Assembly: GCF_002075285.3 (NCBI RefSeq)
Contig: NZ_CP021983.2
Coordinates: 600,001-632,000 of the forward strand
Source: Halomicronema hongdechloris C2206
GTDB taxonomy: Bacteria; Cyanobacteriota; Cyanobacteriia; Phormidesmidales; Phormidesmidaceae
Direction of reading: 5' to 3'
Length of the DNA: 32,000 nt
Part shown: one piece after another, positions 1-7,476 of the stretch
How the letters are laid out: each line of letters opens with the position of its first letter
Position numbering within the stretch: position 1 is the first letter of the stretch
Made by a program: the position numbers and the translations under genes
The notes under the pieces: model-generated
The model's database searches: none
What the model was told of the DNA's origin: nothing
The model's input: the letters and a program-made list of their open reading frames with translations, nothing else

Positions 1-494
1 GCCGCAATTTCAACTAGTTTTGGATCTTCGGCCAATGTCTTTATGGCTGGACATAGCAAACTCGTGTTAAAGTACTGCGCTGTGAATAGCGTAGTCTCGC
101 AGTTAAGCTCATCTTTCTCGGAATAGAGAAATCCTAGCCGAGGATTCAAATTTCCATAACAGGAAGTGGAATAGGCGAATTCTAGTATCTCTTGCAGAAT
201 ATGATCTGGCAAAGTCACACCAAGACGCAATCCATCTTCTTTTAAGGTGTCTGCGATGTCAACTGCGTTGACCTCATTAAAATTTGAAGCGTCAGATTGA
301 GATAAATGCTGTTGGAGATTTGCCTGATTGGCCATCTTCCTGACGATAGAACGAATCCAACCAAATCTTCCGGCGATGGCCATTAAAAACCATCTAGGAT
401 TTTTACGCATTTTATCTAAATATTTAGTGAGTCTCAGGAAGACTTCGATATAGAGCCCTCTGAAAAAAAGAGTCTCTCTCCTAGTTGCAGACAT
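1..494 (-). CDS. Hypothetical protein, N-terminal part only (the ORF runs off the left edge). Weak resemblance to PhyH-like Fe(II)/2-oxoglutarate dioxygenase N-termini.
   Basis: Hand translation of the reverse strand from the ATG at 494-492 gives MSATRRETLFFRGLYIEVFLRLTKYLDKMRKNPRWFLMAIAGRFGW...DIADTLKEDGLRLGVTLPDHILQEILEFA...CPAIKTLAEDPKLVEIA. It is open for 164 codons to position 1. It is absent from the ORF track because it is truncated. An open frame this long in AT-rich DNA is unlikely by chance. The family call is only a weak impression. Confidence 0.55.
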   Translation of the reverse strand, partial: MSATRRETLFFRGLYIEVFLRLTKYLDKMRKNPRWFLMAIAGRFGWIRSIVRKMANQANLQQHLSQSDASNFNEVNAVDIADTLKEDGLRLGVTLPDHILQEILEFAYSTSCYGNLNPRLGFLYSEKDELNCETTLFTAQYFNTSLLCPAIKTLAEDPKLVEIA

Positions 495-962
495 GGTCGA
501 AATCCTCATGTCAGGCTTCAAAAACATGACTGAAATTAATCTTCTCGAGATTTAAAACTTCTATCACCAAGAGGAGTCAAGGCGACTGATCACTTGGACT
601 CAAATTCAAGATTGACCTTGGCTCTAGGAGCTATCTTTCAGATGCGTCAAAATATGTCTTGGTATATGCCTTGGTAGACCCATTTCCCTTTCTTACGAGA
701 GATCATGGCTCATGGTGTAGGGGCTGTCAGGCTGATATTTTATTTTCACAAAAACTTTATCGGAGATTGAGATTCTGTTTAAGTACTGGGGTACCGTAAT
801 TACATCGCTCAGCCAGTGTTTCCTGCATGGAGTCCTAGGGTGCTTTAACATGCGGCAATGGTTGACTGGCTGTCTTTTGACGTGGGTAGTAGGGGTAGCC
901 ATACTGAATGTGTAGATATGGCGTTGGCCAGTCAGCTTAGGGCATGACTGATCGCCCAATGG

Positions 963-1090
963 CCCAGTCTAGGGAGGCGGACTGGCTCGCCACCGCACAA
1001 AACATTGTGGCGGTGGCTATAACAATAGCCGCTTGCGGCTGATTCTCTAGTTCAATGAGTGGGAAGGCTTCGCCGCCTTCCCACTTTTTT
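963..1090 (+). ncRNA. Candidate structured small RNA: three hairpins plus an intrinsic terminator, family unknown.
   Basis: Hairpin 1 pairs 964-969 with 980-985. Hairpin 2 pairs 989-999 with 1006-1017 (8 perfect bp plus 3 more after a 1-nt bulge). Hairpin 3 spans 1027-1040 and closes a CUUG tetraloop with a G-C pair. The terminator hairpin follows at 1061-1082. No plus-strand ORF lies upstream for this terminator to serve. Confidence 0.35.
1061..1090 (+). terminator. Rho-independent terminator with no upstream plus-strand CDS.
   Basis: GGGAAGGC (1061-1068) pairs perfectly with GCCTTCCC (1075-1082) across a 6-nt loop. It is followed by AC and TTTTTT (1085-1090). On the reverse strand the stem is not followed by a T-run, so it is oriented plus. 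Confidence 0.7.
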
Positions 1091-1259
1091 AAGGTTTCCC
1101 CTTTTACTTGGGCGTACTGGGCTGACTGGCTCAGAGGATATTTGGAAAGTACCCTGCAACCTTGCTCCAGACTGGATTCTGGCCAACAGAGTCATACACT
1201 CTAAAACGCTTACCCTGCAGGGCTTTCAGCCGAGTTTTCAAATGTCCTCTCAGGCTAGA

Positions 1260-2717
1260 TTATTCTCGCTCCAGGCGAGTCTGCAGTTCAGTCTTGACGC
1301 GGTTCAGGATGGACTGCTCGTCTAAGGAATTGAGAATGCGGCTAACCACAGCTTTTGGCCCCTCAGGCCCCCAAGTGGCTCCATTGACCAGATAGGCCTT
1401 GGCTACTTGACCAATGCCATAGGTGGAGACCCCTGCCACGGCAGCTTGGGTCAAGGCTACGGAGAGATAGGGCGGTAAGGAGAGGCCACCGGTGGCTATG
1501 GTTGAGAGCCCTAGCAATCCTTTGAGGGAACTGAGGCCAAAGGTAACCAAGAGTTCGCTGGCAGGGAGTCCGCCTAACCCTAAAGCCATCTGTCGCAGCA
1601 GATTCAGCGCGCCGGTTTGAGTCATGGGTAAGCCGTAGAGCCGGGACAGGGTAGTAATCAAGGCCACGTCTACTGCGGCCCCACCTAGGAGGTCGGCCAC
1701 CATGATCGGGTTGATGGCCACGGCCATGGCCTTGGTCATGACGGCAGTCCAGATGGCATCGTCGGCGATGCGATCGCAAATTTGTTGCTTTCGCTGCAAT
1801 AGCTGTTGGTTGACGGTATCAGCATAAAGCAGGGTATTGAGGGCAATCAGGGATTTGCCGTCACGGTGCAAAATCTCCAGAATCTTTAACTTCAGGGCAT
1901 CCACTTGGGGAGCTCCTCGGCGAGTCTGGGTAATAATTTGGCCATCGGGTCGCTTTACCGCCTCCACTACCAGTGGAGCTGCCGCTGCCATGACAATGTC
2001 CTCAGGAGCAATTAGCTCCTGTAGCCGCCGATCTCGCAGCGTCTCATAGATAGCTTGTCGATCGAGCTGGGGATAGTGATCGATCTTGTTAAACACCAGC
2101 AGTAGAGGCTTGCCTGCCTGCCGCAGGTTTTCTAAGGCCTGATACTCTACCCGGGTGATATCCCCAGCCACCACAAACAGAATCAAATCCACCTGGCGAG
2201 CAATACGTTGGGCCAGAGCCTCTCGCTGTTCCCCAGCCACCTCATCCAGACCAGGGGTATCCACGAGTTCGATCCGAGACTGCCCTATCCCTGGCAGAGA
2301 GACTCTGACCAGAGACTGCCCTGGGCTCTCGCTCAGCAGCTCGTGGTGCATCTGCCAGCGACTACTCTCGACCTGCTGGGTTATCCCATGAGTTGGCCCC
2401 GTGGCAAACACCGATTGTCCCAGCAGGGCGTTGAGCAACGAGGATTTGCCTCGCCCTACCAACCCGAATACAGCAATATGAATCACTGCTTGCTCCAGCT
2501 TGGTCAATAGGCCGGTCAGGCTGGCAATATCATCCTCTAGGCCAGCCCGTTCCCGGGGGGAGAGCTCTAGACGGTCGACCAATTGCTGCAGCACCGCCTG
2601 GGCCTCTTGATAGTGGAGGTCTGTCTGTAGGGCATCAAAGTCAGCAATTAAGTCAGCTAATGCTTGTTCGGTTGCTGCTGACCCAGGATCGTTGGCGCCA
2701 GTAGAGGAGGATGTCAT
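1260..2717 (-). CDS. GTP-binding protein with an N-terminal coiled-coil region, a P-loop GTPase domain and a C-terminal hydrophobic (DUF697-like) membrane region.
   Basis: 485-aa ORF. G1 is GLVGRGKSSLLNALLG, G3 is DTPGLDE and G4 is NKID. The C-terminal third is Gly/Ala/Leu-rich and hydrophobic (AINPIMVADLLGGAAVDVALI, LGLGGLPASELLVTFGLSSLKGLLGL). Confidence 0.85.
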   Translation of the reverse strand: MTSSSTGANDPGSAATEQALADLIADFDALQTDLHYQEAQAVLQQLVDRLELSPRERAGLEDDIASLTGLLTKLEQAVIHIAVFGLVGRGKSSLLNALLGQSVFATGPTHGITQQVESSRWQMHHELLSESPGQSLVRVSLPGIGQSRIELVDTPGLDEVAGEQREALAQRIARQVDLILFVVAGDITRVEYQALENLRQAGKPLLLVFNKIDHYPQLDRQAIYETLRDRRLQELIAPEDIVMAAAAPLVVEAVKRPDGQIITQTRRGAPQVDALKLKILEILHRDGKSLIALNTLLYADTVNQQLLQRKQQICDRIADDAIWTAVMTKAMAVAINPIMVADLLGGAAVDVALITTLSRLYGLPMTQTGALNLLRQMALGLGGLPASELLVTFGLSSLKGLLGLSTIATGGLSLPPYLSVALTQAAVAGVSTYGIGQVAKAYLVNGATWGPEGPKAVVSRILNSLDEQSILNRVKTELQTRLERE

Positions 2718-3052
2718 TGGCCAGGGAGCCTACATGAGCGAATCAGCCATCATCCATAGCCTAGAGCGCCAGGGGCAAACCTTGTCAGCCGGTGAGCCCA
2801 GGCTCGACTTCCCTTGAGTTTGGTGGCGATCAGCCCCGGTCAAGGACTATGGTGGGGTCCTTTTCACCATAGCTAATCTCTGGGATAGACGAGAGCCTCT
2901 GGTCATAGACGACGGCGTTAGTTTAGCGACTAGTTGTTAACTGGGGGAGTCTGAGAGCGCTAGAGTGGCAGGGCAGCAATAGGCGGTCGATGGTTGCGAT
3001 TAGGAGCTAGGATTTGGCATACCGTGGTCTAGGGTTGGGGATTGATGAGAGA

Positions 3053-3526
3053 ATGCCTAGTATTCCCAGCCTGTACCCTATGGAGTTTCTCAATTCAGCC
3101 CAACAGCAGTGTTACGACCGCATTACTCCCTGGATGCATGATTTGTTCGGGGATGCTGTCTTAACCTTCGAAGATGAGCCCCTATTTATCGTCAACTTTG
3201 GCTCGGCGGTAGCCTCTACCCGGGTCATGCCCTGGGATGATGCCGAATCCCTGATTACCACCCGTGCCTATGTGGTTACCGATGTCACCATCACCCCAGA
3301 GTTGACCTATTACCTGTTGCGGGAAAACAATGGTATTCAATTTGGTCGCTTTGCCCTAGATGCAGAGAATGATGTCGTTTTAGAGCATAGTCTGGTGGGG
3401 TCTACCTGCGATCGCATCGAACTGAAGTACTCTGTGACCACCGTGATTCGCATCGCCGACGACTACGACGACGAAATTGTGGCCCGATGGGGCGGCAAGC
3501 GCGCCCTCGATCGCTGGTCTTCCTAG
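3053..3526 (+). CDS. YbjN-like (T3SS-chaperone-like / putative sensory transduction regulator fold) small cytoplasmic protein.
   Basis: The track ORF is 3014-3526 from a TTG. The first in-frame ATG is at 3053, with another at the MEFLNS position. The acidic soluble protein carries the pattern FGRFALDAENDVVLEHSLVGSTCDRIELKYSV...IADDYDDEIVARWGG that I associate with YbjN-domain proteins. The family call is from memory. Confidence 0.65.
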   Translation: MPSIPSLYPMEFLNSAQQQCYDRITPWMHDLFGDAVLTFEDEPLFIVNFGSAVASTRVMPWDDAESLITTRAYVVTDVTITPELTYYLLRENNGIQFGRFALDAENDVVLEHSLVGSTCDRIELKYSVTTVIRIADDYDDEIVARWGGKRALDRWSS

Positions 3527-3534
3527 TACAGAAA

Positions 3535-3595
3535 GGCAGAAGGAAAAGGGCAGAAGGCAGAAGGGGAATTCTCGACGTATCAAGGCTTCTGCCTT
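3535..3595 (+). repeat. Purine-rich GGCAGAAGG repeats with one complementary arm downstream, forming a set of alternative hairpins.
   Basis: GGCAGAAGG occurs at 3535-3543, 3549-3557 and 3556-3564 (the last two overlap as a GGCAGAA heptad tandem). AAGGCAGAAG (3554-3563) is perfectly complementary to CTTCTGCCTT (3586-3595). The repeats start 9 nt after the stop at 3526. No T-run follows. Confidence 0.6.
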
Positions 3596-3769
3596 GAACC
3601 AACAGGGGGGCTATTTCCGCCGACGAGTACTAGTCAGGGAGGTCGCGGGTCTGAGAACGGGGCGGCCTAGACCTTGAGGGCAGACCTGCATCTTTCAGCA
3701 CAATCTGAGCTACAGTTCTGGAGTATCTATAGCAATAGCCAGCAGTGCCCTGTCACCATTAGTTATTCT

Positions 3770-4588
3770 ATGCAGCGGCAACCCCTTTGGTTCAGCGTCC
3801 TCAGCCTGGTCACCCTCGCCTTCGTCGCCCTGGTAGTTGGCATTCTGCCCCAGCCGCTCCAACCTGTAGAGTCTCTAACGGGCCTACCCAGCCTCCATCA
3901 GTCCGCCGAGGCCGCATTAGTCCCAGCCGTCTCTCAGGAACAGGCAACGACTGACTTGACCGTACCCGCAAGTCACCTTCTGGCCCAGAGCGCCCCCAAC
4001 TATACCCCCCGCGAAGAAATCGCCTTAGCCGATCCCAGCAACTATGGCGAGCGCTACCTCACCGATGCCTACGGTCGGCCCATCCAGCATGACTTCATCA
4101 TAGTCATCCACGAAACAGTGGGCTCAGCCCGTAGCGCCATTAATCTCTTTCAAACTCCTCACCCTCGAGATGCCGACCAGGTCAGCTACCATAGCCTGAT
4201 CAGTCGAGATGGCACGGTCATTTATATTGTTCCTCCAGAAAAGCGGGCCTATGGGGCGGGTAACTCCGTATTTCAGGGACCCAACGGTTCAGAGACGGTG
4301 GTAACCAATCCCAATTTCCCCCCCTCGGTCAATAACTTCGCCTACCACGTCTCCCTCGAAACCCCTGCCGATGGCCGTGGCAATGGTCGCAGCCACAGTG
4401 GTTACACCCAAGCCCAGTATGAATCGCTAGCCTGGTTGTTGGCCCGTACCGACATTCCCGATAGCCGCATCACCACCCACCGAGCTGTCGATCGCTCCGG
4501 CACCCGCATGGATCCCCGCAGCTTTAGTGCCGAGCGCTTCTTTAGCCTGTTGCACCGCTATCCCAGCCGAGCCGGATTGGCCGGCTGA
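3770..4588 (+). CDS. N-acetylmuramoyl-L-alanine amidase (Amidase_2 / PGRP-type, AmpD/AmiD-like) with an N-terminal membrane anchor.
   Basis: The track ORF 3674-4588 starts at a non-ATG codon. The in-frame ATG at 3770 gives MQRQPLWFSVLSLVTLAFVALVVGILP, a signal or anchor sequence. The catalytic-domain pattern is IIVIHETVGS...VSYHSLISRDGTVIYIV...AYGAGNS...NNFAYHVSLE...ITTHRAVD. Confidence 0.85.
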   Translation: MQRQPLWFSVLSLVTLAFVALVVGILPQPLQPVESLTGLPSLHQSAEAALVPAVSQEQATTDLTVPASHLLAQSAPNYTPREEIALADPSNYGERYLTDAYGRPIQHDFIIVIHETVGSARSAINLFQTPHPRDADQVSYHSLISRDGTVIYIVPPEKRAYGAGNSVFQGPNGSETVVTNPNFPPSVNNFAYHVSLETPADGRGNGRSHSGYTQAQYESLAWLLARTDIPDSRITTHRAVDRSGTRMDPRSFSAERFFSLLHRYPSRAGLAG

Positions 4589-4592
4589 TGGC

Positions 4593-5534
4593 TCAGTGAG
4601 CAGCAGGGAGATCGTCCCATTCATAGGGGCGGTTGCGATCGCCCACGATACGATAAAACCTGTCTATCTTGTCAGTAGAGAGTTCCTGCCGCCACCGTTG
4701 GTCCAGCTTAATGGTCATCTCCATGTCCTGATAATAGCTGCCATGCACATTTTGGACATTGGCGGCTATGGGGTGTTGTCGATACCGAGCAATTAAGGCC
4801 CGGGCACTGCGACTGCCCGCCACATAGTGATGATTCCCGCTCCAATAGGCCAGCATGGCAGGTTCATAGGGAATCTCCAGCAATTGGCAGACGGCCTGCA
4901 TGGTTGCTTCCGGTTGAGTGGCCAGTCGTTCATATCGCACCCGCATTTTTCGCGCTGCTGGGAACCGCTCATATACCTGCTGGCTATGGGTCAGGTTATC
5001 GAGCCAACGCCGGCTAATTTTTTCCACAGTCCAGTCTGGATAGGCCCGCAGGTAGGAGTTCAACACGGCGCGGCCATCGCGGACAACGTGCAAGAGATAG
5101 GCCTGGATATGGCCTTGACGAAACTCCCGGCCTTGTAGCTGGCGACTGACCCAATCGGGATATTTGCTGGAATCGATTAGCAATGGCTGGCCAATACGAT
5201 CAAGCAGCAGTGTATAGGGATGCAAAATCGCATCTTGGCCTAGCCATTCCCGTAGCCAGCGTTCCAACTTTAGAGGCACATGTCGGTGTAAGCGATGGCC
5301 ACTGAGGCCAATGGCCAACCGGCGGGCATCTGCTTCGCTGAAATGATCTGGCCAGAAACTGCTGCTGGGGCAAAAGGCGGCTACGGTCTGCTGCCGCTGA
5401 AAAATCTGGGGAATTTTGCTGATCTCTCCTAGGGAAAATCCCTGCGAGTGGGTGCCCAGCATTAAATCCAGCATCGTCGATCCGGAACGGCCGATGCCCA
5501 GAATAAATACCACCTTTCTGGGGTTGTCTGCCAT
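4593..5534 (-). CDS. PAPS-dependent sulfotransferase family protein.
   Basis: 313 aa. The 5-prime PSB loop is FILGIGRSGSTMLDLML near the N-terminus. The 3-prime PB-like motif is HVVRDGRAVLNSY. This is the last gene of a tightly spaced minus-strand operon, 16 nt from the upstream gene. Confidence 0.85.
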   Translation of the reverse strand: MADNPRKVVFILGIGRSGSTMLDLMLGTHSQGFSLGEISKIPQIFQRQQTVAAFCPSSSFWPDHFSEADARRLAIGLSGHRLHRHVPLKLERWLREWLGQDAILHPYTLLLDRIGQPLLIDSSKYPDWVSRQLQGREFRQGHIQAYLLHVVRDGRAVLNSYLRAYPDWTVEKISRRWLDNLTHSQQVYERFPAARKMRVRYERLATQPEATMQAVCQLLEIPYEPAMLAYWSGNHHYVAGSRSARALIARYRQHPIAANVQNVHGSYYQDMEMTIKLDQRWRQELSTDKIDRFYRIVGDRNRPYEWDDLPAAH

Positions 5535-5550
5535 GGTGAAATTCTCCCAA

Positions 5551-6453
5551 TCACGTTAACCGTCGCCGCAGCCGTTGCCAGAGAGTAGGGGGTTTGGTTG
5601 CTGGTTGAGTGAATAGCGGGTCGGTCACCGATAAAAACCGATAATGGTGCCACAGGTCCCAATAGGGACCCCCCGGTCGCATCGGGGTGCCAGCCCAATG
5701 CAGGTAGCGCAGAGGCCGATCGCCGTCGTAGAGTCTGTGGTCTACCTGGCTAAAATGGCTACTCCCCGCCCAACTTCCCGGTTCTCCTGACACCACCTTA
5801 GTAATATTCAGCCGTCGCTCGATGGCCTTGAGTACCAAGAAATTCATGATGGGCTGATCGGTGGTGCCGCTGGAGAAGTCGAAATACTCGCGGTGGTCAG
5901 CACACTCCTGCAGCAGGGAGGTCATCTGATCTAGGGTGAAGAGTCCCCGCTTTGACCCCCAAAAGCCGCTATTGAAGACATCGCCGAGGGCTTCGTCGGA
6001 AAATAGGGCCTGTTCTGGCACGGTAGGTGAAAAGACCTCGGCTAGGCCCCGGCCTTTCCAATGGTAGTCACAGCAAATGAAGTCGGCCTGCTGCAGAAAA
6101 TCGAGGGTCTGGCTCAGGGGCTGAAAGGTAATAATGTCAGTGTCGATGTAGAGAAAGTGCTCTAACGGACCAAACCACACCGCCAGCTTGCGCATTTTGT
6201 TGGGGAGTTTGAGAAAGTCTCGGGGAAAGATGTCGGCAATGGTCTGGGTGAATTGCTCCAGGAATCCCAGATCTGGGAAGATGTGTGTCTGGTAGTGGCG
6301 CTCTAGCAGAGCGGCAATGGTCTGATACTGCCGATCGAAGGGAATTAGGATGACGGGTAAGTCAGGGTCATGCTGCCGCAGACTGCTCAACAATGCGATC
6401 GCATTATCGGCTACCCGATCATTGGCCACAATATAGACGCCACGCTTTACCAT
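5551..6453 (-). CDS. GT8-like nucleotide-diphospho-sugar transferase fold protein with a DxD motif, paralog 1. Specific function unknown.
   Basis: 300 aa. The N-terminus is YIVANDRVADNAIALLSSL. The DxD motif is FLYIDTDI, followed by FNSGFWGSKRGLF and a late YLHWAG block. The order resembles the GT8 motif order. It is clearly paralogous to the adjacent 6462-7472 gene. It may be the cyanobacterial tandem family named after a Nostoc punctiforme gene pair, but that is memory only. Confidence 0.7.
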   Translation of the reverse strand: MVKRGVYIVANDRVADNAIALLSSLRQHDPDLPVILIPFDRQYQTIAALLERHYQTHIFPDLGFLEQFTQTIADIFPRDFLKLPNKMRKLAVWFGPLEHFLYIDTDIITFQPLSQTLDFLQQADFICCDYHWKGRGLAEVFSPTVPEQALFSDEALGDVFNSGFWGSKRGLFTLDQMTSLLQECADHREYFDFSSGTTDQPIMNFLVLKAIERRLNITKVVSGEPGSWAGSSHFSQVDHRLYDGDRPLRYLHWAGTPMRPGGPYWDLWHHYRFLSVTDPLFTQPATKPPTLWQRLRRRLT

Positions 6454-6461
6454 ACCTCTGC

Positions 6462-7472
6462 CTAAGAACTCAGCTTTAGCTTGCGCAACACCCGCTGCAT
6501 CAACGGCGGGGGTGGGGCCTTATAGGGTTTCAAAGGCCCCCTAAAGGCAGGACGTTGCTGTGGGGCATGGCGGTAGCGATAGTGCAAGAACACCTCACGA
6601 TAGGGAAACTCGAGATTTTCTCCCGCACACAGCCGCCGAAATACCTGAGACGAAACCCCGATGAAATGGAGATAGGTCAAGCGCCTGCCTTTGTCATAGA
6701 GCACCTGGTCTTGGGCCTGAAAGTGAGATGAGGTGACCGAATTGCCCGTCACCCTATCCGAGGGCCAATCATGGGCGAGGTTACTTACCGATAACTGACT
6801 CTTATGCACCATATAGTTCAGCACCGATTGGTTCGGAGCCCCTAAGTACAATGCCTCGGCATCCCCTTGGGCCAGCTGCTCAATTAGCCACTGCCGTTGC
6901 TGCGGGGGAAATAGGCCGCGTTTGGCCCCATAGAATCCAGAGCAAAAGATGGTTTTGGCAAACCGCTGGGGCGCAATGATCTGATGTAAATGCGGGCACT
7001 GCAGGTTAAAGATGTGATCGGGACTTTTAAACTGAAAGTCATAGACGACAACGTCATCGGCATCTAACCGCTCAAAGATGGGCTGCAGGGGCCCCATGAC
7101 TAGGGTGTCAGCATCTAGATAAATAAACCGCTCAAAGGGAGCTCGCTGATCGAAGGCGCCATAGCGATGGTTCTCCCCAACTCGATAAAAGCGAGTTTGG
7201 ATGCCTTGGGCCTTCCAGTTGGCCAATGCCGTTGGGTGAGTCTGCCATACCTGAAAGGAGAAGTCTTCCCAGGTTTGAAATATCTCAGCATCCTCCAGTA
7301 GGGTCACATGGGACCGCTGAGCCACCTCGGCTCTGACCCGTTCTAGGCGATCGTCATAGGCGATGACACAGACTGGGAAGTTCCCGGCCGCATTGGCGTC
7401 AATGCTGTTGAGTAAAGCCACGAGCTGGTCATAGACCGAATCGTTAGCCAGGGTGTAAATACCGTCGACCAT
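6462..7472 (-). CDS. GT8-like nucleotide-diphospho-sugar transferase fold protein with a DxD motif, paralog 2.
   Basis: 336 aa. Its blocks match paralog 1: IYTLANDSVYDQLVALLNSI, FIYLDADTLV, FCSGFYGAKRGLF, QSVLNYMVHK, SSHFQ, LYDKGRRLTYLHFIG and HYRYR. It starts 4 nt downstream of the ABC gene and ends 8 nt upstream of paralog 1. Confidence 0.7.
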   Translation of the reverse strand: MVDGIYTLANDSVYDQLVALLNSIDANAAGNFPVCVIAYDDRLERVRAEVAQRSHVTLLEDAEIFQTWEDFSFQVWQTHPTALANWKAQGIQTRFYRVGENHRYGAFDQRAPFERFIYLDADTLVMGPLQPIFERLDADDVVVYDFQFKSPDHIFNLQCPHLHQIIAPQRFAKTIFCSGFYGAKRGLFPPQQRQWLIEQLAQGDAEALYLGAPNQSVLNYMVHKSQLSVSNLAHDWPSDRVTGNSVTSSHFQAQDQVLYDKGRRLTYLHFIGVSSQVFRRLCAGENLEFPYREVFLHYRYRHAPQQRPAFRGPLKPYKAPPPPLMQRVLRKLKLSS

Positions 7473-7476
7473 GGTG

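Noticed and set aside
791-803. NtcA-like GTA...TAC site (GTACCGTAATTAC).
   Set aside because: The spacing is N7, not the N8 required by the GTA-N8-TAC consensus, and there is no appropriately placed -10 element.
693-959. 88-aa minus-strand ORF in the left intergenic gap.
   Set aside because: The translation is rich in Cys, His, Arg and Pro (MGDQSCPKLTGQRHIYTF...HCRMLKHPRTPCRKHW) and has no recognisable motif. I found no convincing Shine-Dalgarno sequence. It overlaps the region that folds into plus-strand hairpins. It looks like a chance ORF.
927-1130. Possible MITE bounded by the 10-bp inverted repeat GCCAGTCAGC / GCTGACTGGC.
   Set aside because: The inverted repeat is only 10 bp. I see no flanking target-site duplication, and there is no second copy in this window. 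This cannot be decided without a genome-wide copy count. It is kept as an alternative explanation under the sRNA finding.
1059-1395. Two plus-strand ORFs (1059-1325 and 1162-1395).
   Set aside because: They overlap the intrinsic terminator and the 3-prime end of the well-supported GTPase gene on the other strand. The sequences are low-complexity and look like antisense artefacts.
2951-2957. CTGAGAG preceded by GGGGAG, reminiscent of the TPP riboswitch core.
   Set aside because: The rest of the TPP aptamer (the ACCC...GAACCTGATC...GGATAATGCC...GCG elements) is absent. The downstream gene is unrelated to thiamine.
3014-3052. Upstream extensions of track ORFs from non-ATG codons. Affected ORFs start at 3014, 3674, 14053 and 20269 on the plus strand, and at 12116 and 15438 on the minus strand.
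   Set aside because: In each case an internal ATG gives an N-terminus that fits the family better (for example MQCPFCQ for NrdR and MSSPAIQWYPGH for RbgA). Some also remove an overlap with the neighbouring gene. The extensions are probably artefacts of taking the longest ORF.
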